Both the position numbers and the translations under genes were made by a program. A model generated the notes under the pieces. The model searched no databases. It was given only the letters and a program-made list of their open reading frames with translations, and was not told where the DNA came from. Positions 59,931-64,000 of a DNA stretch of 64,000 nt are shown piece by piece. Source of the DNA: Nitrososphaerota archaeon (GTDB taxonomy: Archaea > Thermoproteota > Nitrososphaeria > Conexivisphaerales > UBA164); the NCBI GenBank assembly GCA_029786595.1, contig JAFLXO010000001.1, positions 1,332 through 65,331 on the forward strand. Direction: 5' to 3'. How positions within the stretch are numbered: position 1 is the stretch's first letter; each line of letters begins with the position of its first letter.

Positions 59931-60215
59931 CTAGGCCTCAGCCTTGAGGTAACGGTTCCAGACGTCTTCCCCCTTCCTGGACCACATCCTCGCCAGCGAT
60001 GCTTCTGTGATCTCGTCAAGGTCGGCGAATTCGTCCTCCAGTAGCTTGGCGATCTTTTCCGGCTTCTCTAGCACTATCCTGCGCCCTTTCCTGATCATTA
60101 TGAGTTCGTCCCCCTTTTCTATACCCATTTCCCTCTGGACCTTCACTGGTATCGAAATCTGCCCCTTGGCGGAGACCTTCACCTTCTTGAACGTGGGCTC
60201 ATTCGTGGTCGTCAT
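59931..60215 (-). CDS. AbrB/MazE-type antitoxin
   Basis: KVSAKGQISIP...GIEKGD; upstream of the toxin. Confidence 0.88.
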   Translation of the reverse strand: MTTTNEPTFKKVKVSAKGQISIPVKVQREMGIEKGDELIMIRKGRRIVLEKPEKIAKLLEDEFADLDEITEASLARMWSRKGEDVWNRYLKAEA

Positions 60216-60339
60216 GTCTTAAAAGTAAGGAAATCCTTACTTAAATAGTTACTGTTTGTCGGCTTATAGGCTCTCGTTTTTGGACGCCATGGAGGCCCTG
60301 GCTGGGCTGCATGTGGAGAGTCCATGGAGATAGTGTGAG

Positions 60340-60810
60340 ATGAGAATAATATCCTTCATTTTTTCACCTGATGAAACGATATTGATGAGCGGCACTGGCA
60401 CGATCGAGCAACCCATCCAGGGCCACAGTGAACTCTACCTGACCGATAAGAGGTTGTTCCTTATCCACAGGTCGGGTTTGATAAGGAAGCGTGAAACCTC
60501 TTTGCTGGATATAGATATGGCCCAATTGACATATGCCAAGACCGAAGGAATCATCAGGAAGGTGCTGATAATAGGGGCTAGGAACCAATCGGGCCAGGTT
60601 AACGCCTTCAAAATCCATGTCATGAACCCTGAATCATGGGTGGCTCATATATACAATCTGAAGAACGCGCCAGCCGCTGCGCCGGCTCAGCCTCCTGCTC
60701 AGCCTCCTGCTTCTAGTCCGGCTGATGTGTTATATTGTACCCAGTGCGGGACAAGGATCCCTTCCACGGCAAAATTCTGCCCTAACTGTGGTGCCCCAGT
60801 CAATTCATGA
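60340..60810 (+). CDS. PH/GRAM-like domain with C-terminal zinc ribbon
   Basis: LYLTDKRL; CTQCG...KFCPNCG. Confidence 0.8.
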   Translation: MRIISFIFSPDETILMSGTGTIEQPIQGHSELYLTDKRLFLIHRSGLIRKRETSLLDIDMAQLTYAKTEGIIRKVLIIGARNQSGQVNAFKIHVMNPESWVAHIYNLKNAPAAAPAQPPAQPPASSPADVLYCTQCGTRIPSTAKFCPNCGAPVNS

Positions 60811-61137
60811 ACAAGGATATAACTGGGAGGGACCAGGTGGCAGATAAGAAGTAAAATAAGGTATACAGTGTGGTCAGGATGTGGGCCTAGATAATGCAGC
60901 GCGCCATGAGAGGGATTGCCGTGCTGGTTCATGCCCCTGGAGACGTCCCACAGCGCATCGGACGGCCGTCAGCCATATGAAGTATAAAAAAACGAAGGAA
61001 GCTCACTGCGGCATTAATGATAATTCCTATAGGATCGTATAAGTCGGCAAAAAAATGGGAGAATGGAGGGCCGGAGGCCGGTTAATAGTTCAAGGCTGGC
61101 CCATGGACAACGTAAGGCAAGGGCCTTATACACAGCT

Positions 61138-61452
61138 TTACTGCTCCTGCCTGAACACTTCAATGTCAGCGTTGTCCGTGAACCTGACGAAAAAGGTGCG
61201 CCTCTGATCCCCCTTCATTGCGGTGCAATGCCTGCCTGTGCTGTAGGACCCATCGATCGTCAGGACCTCAAATGGGCCCCATGCGCCCTTGATCCCTTCA
61301 GCGATGTTGGTAAAGCCCTTTGCGCACAAGTTGCAGCAGAAGAAGAGCCTCTGTCCATCTATTTCCTCATAATAGTCCCCCCAGGTGGATCCGCACAGCG
61401 CGCACCCGGTGTCCCTTGTTCCGGCCTCGCGCCCGTTCACAATTATTTTCAT
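61138..61452 (-). CDS. TA0938-family protein
   Basis: NGREAG...GCALCGSTWGDYY...LFFCCNLCA. Confidence 0.85.
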   Translation of the reverse strand: MKIIVNGREAGTRDTGCALCGSTWGDYYEEIDGQRLFFCCNLCAKGFTNIAEGIKGAWGPFEVLTIDGSYSTGRHCTAMKGDQRRTFFVRFTDNADIEVFRQEQ

Positions 61453-62321
61453 GATGATCCCTCCAGCATCCTGGCCCTTTCCAGCCTTGAGTTCAGGTAA
61501 GTTGAAACCGCGTCCAGCGACTTCAGGACGGTCAGCTGCACCCTCTGAACCATTTGGCCCAGGGCGTGCTCCTCCACTAACTTCATAGCCTCGGAGGCAT
61601 GATATGAATCGGCTTCATACCCTTCCCTCAGGAATTTCCTGGCCTCCGGGGTGTACAGGTCTGAGTCGAGTATATCAACGTTGAAGTAATGTACACTGGC
61701 ACCCAGCACCTTAACCCTCCTGTCCGCTATGAACTCGAGGGAGTGCATCGCGGCCATGGTTTCAACCCAGCTTCTTTCCTTAGCTATACCCCTCCACACC
61801 CTTATGGCGTTTGCAGTGCCGCTCAATGGCTGTGATGCCAGAACGTCCTGCCTGTTAGCCCCCAGGGACTCACCCATCCTCAGCAGCAGTTCAAAGTGGG
61901 AGGGTCCAGCGCCGTTGACATATTCGGTTGCGATGTTCGCCAGCTCATAACCTATCACCCTTTCGTCATCCGTCCCGTATATGACCGATGAAAGGACCTG
62001 AACCCAGTTAGTCAGGAAGTGCCTGTGTTCATAGACGTACCCCAGAAGGATCGCCCTGCTTGGCCTCTGCATGGCCGCAATGAACGGGTGAGGGCCAGAG
62101 TATATCCTTTCAACCACCTTCCTGCGTACCCACTCCCCCAGGCCATCTTCAGCCCTGAAGAATCTTTCAAGGGAAACAGCCAGCTCCCCCGGGCTGATCC
62201 GGGAGATGGAGATGTTCCTGTTAAGCCACATCGTGTGGCAGCTATCGCCCATCCCTGCCATATGAGAAGCTATGCTTTCCCAGTCACCGGCCTCGATTTC
62301 GCACGATGGACAAAGCGGCAT
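61449..62321 (-). CDS. Zinc finger fused to a TenA/PqqC (heme-oxygenase-like) domain
   Basis: CPSC..H..H N-terminus; ANIATE...SHFELL; AMHSLE; EAD.YH. Confidence 0.78.
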   Translation of the reverse strand: MPLCPSCEIEAGDWESIASHMAGMGDSCHTMWLNRNISISRISPGELAVSLERFFRAEDGLGEWVRRKVVERIYSGPHPFIAAMQRPSRAILLGYVYEHRHFLTNWVQVLSSVIYGTDDERVIGYELANIATEYVNGAGPSHFELLLRMGESLGANRQDVLASQPLSGTANAIRVWRGIAKERSWVETMAAMHSLEFIADRRVKVLGASVHYFNVDILDSDLYTPEARKFLREGYEADSYHASEAMKLVEEHALGQMVQRVQLTVLKSLDAVSTYLNSRLERARMLEGSS

Positions 62322-62661
62322 GTATCATATGCTCCGCCCACCCTAAAAAGGCTTTTTTTACTTTTGATGGTTTGATCATCCCTCTGAATCCGTGATTGCA
62401 TTCCGGTCTAGGGCCGCCATATTCAGACATCAGCGGCTTATCCTTATGTATATCGCAAAAGCCAGAGGGGAGGGGTTTTAGGTGCGCCCATTGCTGAAAG
62501 GGGTCGATAGGGCAGGTCCCAACGTTCAGATCGGCTTGTAATGGGACCTTTACAGATCAAGGCTATGCGGGGGTTAACGAAGATGAACTGCAGCAGCCCC
62601 CAGACAAAGCGTTTTTTAAGGGGATGGTCGTAAAAACGCGTCTTATACTGGTGGAGGTGGC

Positions 62662-62847
62662 GTGGGCTTGAAAGTGAAGGTTTGCGGGATATGTGGAAAG
62701 GAGTTCGTCTGCGGGAGCCCTTTTGAATGCTGGTGTTCAAGTGTCAAGCTATCCAGGGAGCAGCTTGAAATGCTGAAGGAAAGCAGCGATGACTGCGTTT
62801 GCCCTGATTGTCTTAGGAAGGCTGTAGCAAGCCGGAAATCTCCCTGA
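62662..62847 (+). CDS. Cysteine-rich CWC-family protein
   Basis: CGICGKEFVCG...CWC...DCVCPDCL. Confidence 0.85.
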   Translation: MGLKVKVCGICGKEFVCGSPFECWCSSVKLSREQLEMLKESSDDCVCPDCLRKAVASRKSP

Positions 62848-63214
62848 ATAAAATACTTGATACAGCTAGCTGAGGCACTTCCTTTTCCGGATAAAGTCCA
62901 GAGAAGCTGTTTCAGGAGCGTGCTCAAGAGCTGTGGCCCAACGGCCTATCTAGTATCCGGCCTGGTGAACCTGAGTATGAAGTGCCCATGAACGTCGGGC
63001 TCTACTAATTGATATATATATGTACAATCAAGCCTGAGGCCAGTGGCCATACTGAAGGCCTCAAAGTTATCCGACTCATCAAAATCAAGAAAAAGCGGTT
63101 AGGAAAAGAAAAGCAGAAGCTCATCAAGTTGCGCGAAGGTTACCGGCCAATTGAGGGGGCTGCTATACGTCCGCCCTCTCCAGCTAACTTGACCGGTTTC
63201 CATCCGCTGGAATT

Positions 63215-63364
63215 TTACTCCTCCTTCTTTTCTTCTCCCTTGACTCCCTTCTTCACTCCGCTGCCCAACCCTTTGGCAAACCCGAAGCCCTTCTTGAGTC
63301 CTGTCCCTATGGCTTCACCAGTTTTCTCACCGGCCTTTTCAACCTTCTTTTTCTCCTCCGGCAT
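63215..63364 (-). CDS. Small Gly/Lys-rich amphipathic protein (49 aa)
   Basis: MPEEKKKVEKAGEKTGEAIGTGLKKGFGFAKGLGSGVKKGVKGEEKKEE*; GGAGGTGA SD. Confidence 0.75.
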   Translation of the reverse strand: MPEEKKKVEKAGEKTGEAIGTGLKKGFGFAKGLGSGVKKGVKGEEKKEE

Positions 63365-63831
63365 ACATTTCACCTCCATCCATTAAGGGCGGGCAATTGC
63401 TTAAACCTTTTGGTACATTGTCCTGTTTATCCCCGCTATATCCCTGTCATCGCTGGTCTGTTGCGTTTGTTACTAGCATTGGCATGGATATGCCTGAAAT
63501 AACAGAACTGAGCACTGGTGTAAAAAATATGTATTATCCCGGCTTCCTTCACGAACCTCTGGATAACTGTACTGCTAGGAGGGGCTATCGGCGGCATAAC
63601 AGGGTCTGCGTTAATGCATCGTTTCAATTCCAAGAATGTCAGGATCCTGATAATAATCAAAAACGGCTTATTCACTTATAGCCATATATCCCTGACTTTT
63701 GAAGCAGGTCGCGGATGGGTGGGATAACCCCGCGAGAGGCGGCAGGCAGGGGGCATGCTTTGAGCTTCTGTAATTACTACAGTTGCTGAAACTTACTCCC
63801 TTATAAATAACAGAATAAAGCAAATGCCGTC

Positions 63832-64000
63832 ATGAAGCCCAGGCTGTTATTCGTCTGCGTGGAAAACGCCGGAAGGAGCCAGATCGCGGAAGCCGTAGCA
63901 AAGAGCATGGGATACGAGGCCAAAAGCGCCGGAACGATGCCTGCACGGAGGGTCAATGAAACAGTTGTGGAGGTCATGAAGGAAATCGGGATGGACATCG
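63832..64000 (+). CDS. arsC: LMW-PTP/ArsC arsenate reductase, 5' part; runs off the window end
   Basis: LFVCVENAGRSQIAEA...SAGT.PA..VN. Confidence 0.85.
   Translation, partial: MKPRLLFVCVENAGRSQIAEAVAKSMGYEAKSAGTMPARRVNETVVEVMKEIGMDI

Noticed and set aside
63530-63727. Frame reading LWITVLLGGAIGGITGSALMH, a possible TauE-like remnant
   Set aside because: No start codon and too short to call.
1-64000. CRISPR array, rRNA genes, IS transposases
   Set aside because: No regularly spaced repeats, rRNA sequence or transposase motifs were seen.

Overview
Archaeal chromosome segment, moderately GC-rich. Gene content points to a Nitrososphaerota/Thaumarchaeota-like, probably acid-adapted lineage (inference from Tes, Csl4, uL16/L10e, single-OB SSB, thermopsin and TA0938). 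Most of it is housekeeping: tetraether synthase, Dph2, Csl4, TrmJ, SmAP-L37e, dcd, a CysRS-like gene, deoxyhypusine synthase, an L3-L4-L23-L2-S19 block, A-ATPase subunits, two helicases and three tRNAs (Gln, Asp, an atypical Gly). Less ordinary features: (1) a decaying 3.7 kb element integrated at tRNA-Asp with a 13-bp att repeat, carrying a broken tyrosine integrase, a PD-(D/E)XK nuclease, a split RHH-ATPase, and an excisionase followed by three coupled coiled-coil microproteins; (2) an adjacent island with two paralogous secreted proteins plus a SipW-type peptidase, a candidate filament/biofilm locus; (3) a box C/D sRNA whose two guides appear to target 23S sites equivalent to eukaryotic Am sites; (4) a TPP riboswitch followed by a leader ORF and an MFS gene; (5) a CysRS lacking the anticodon domain, coupled to a GNAT and followed by a thioredoxin-like gene, resembling MshC/MshD; (6) apparent ATA start codons on rpl3 and sipW; (7) uL16 with a long Ala/Pro/Lys tail; (8) a large surface protein interrupted by one in-frame TAG. 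Family calls are from motif recognition only; no searches were run.
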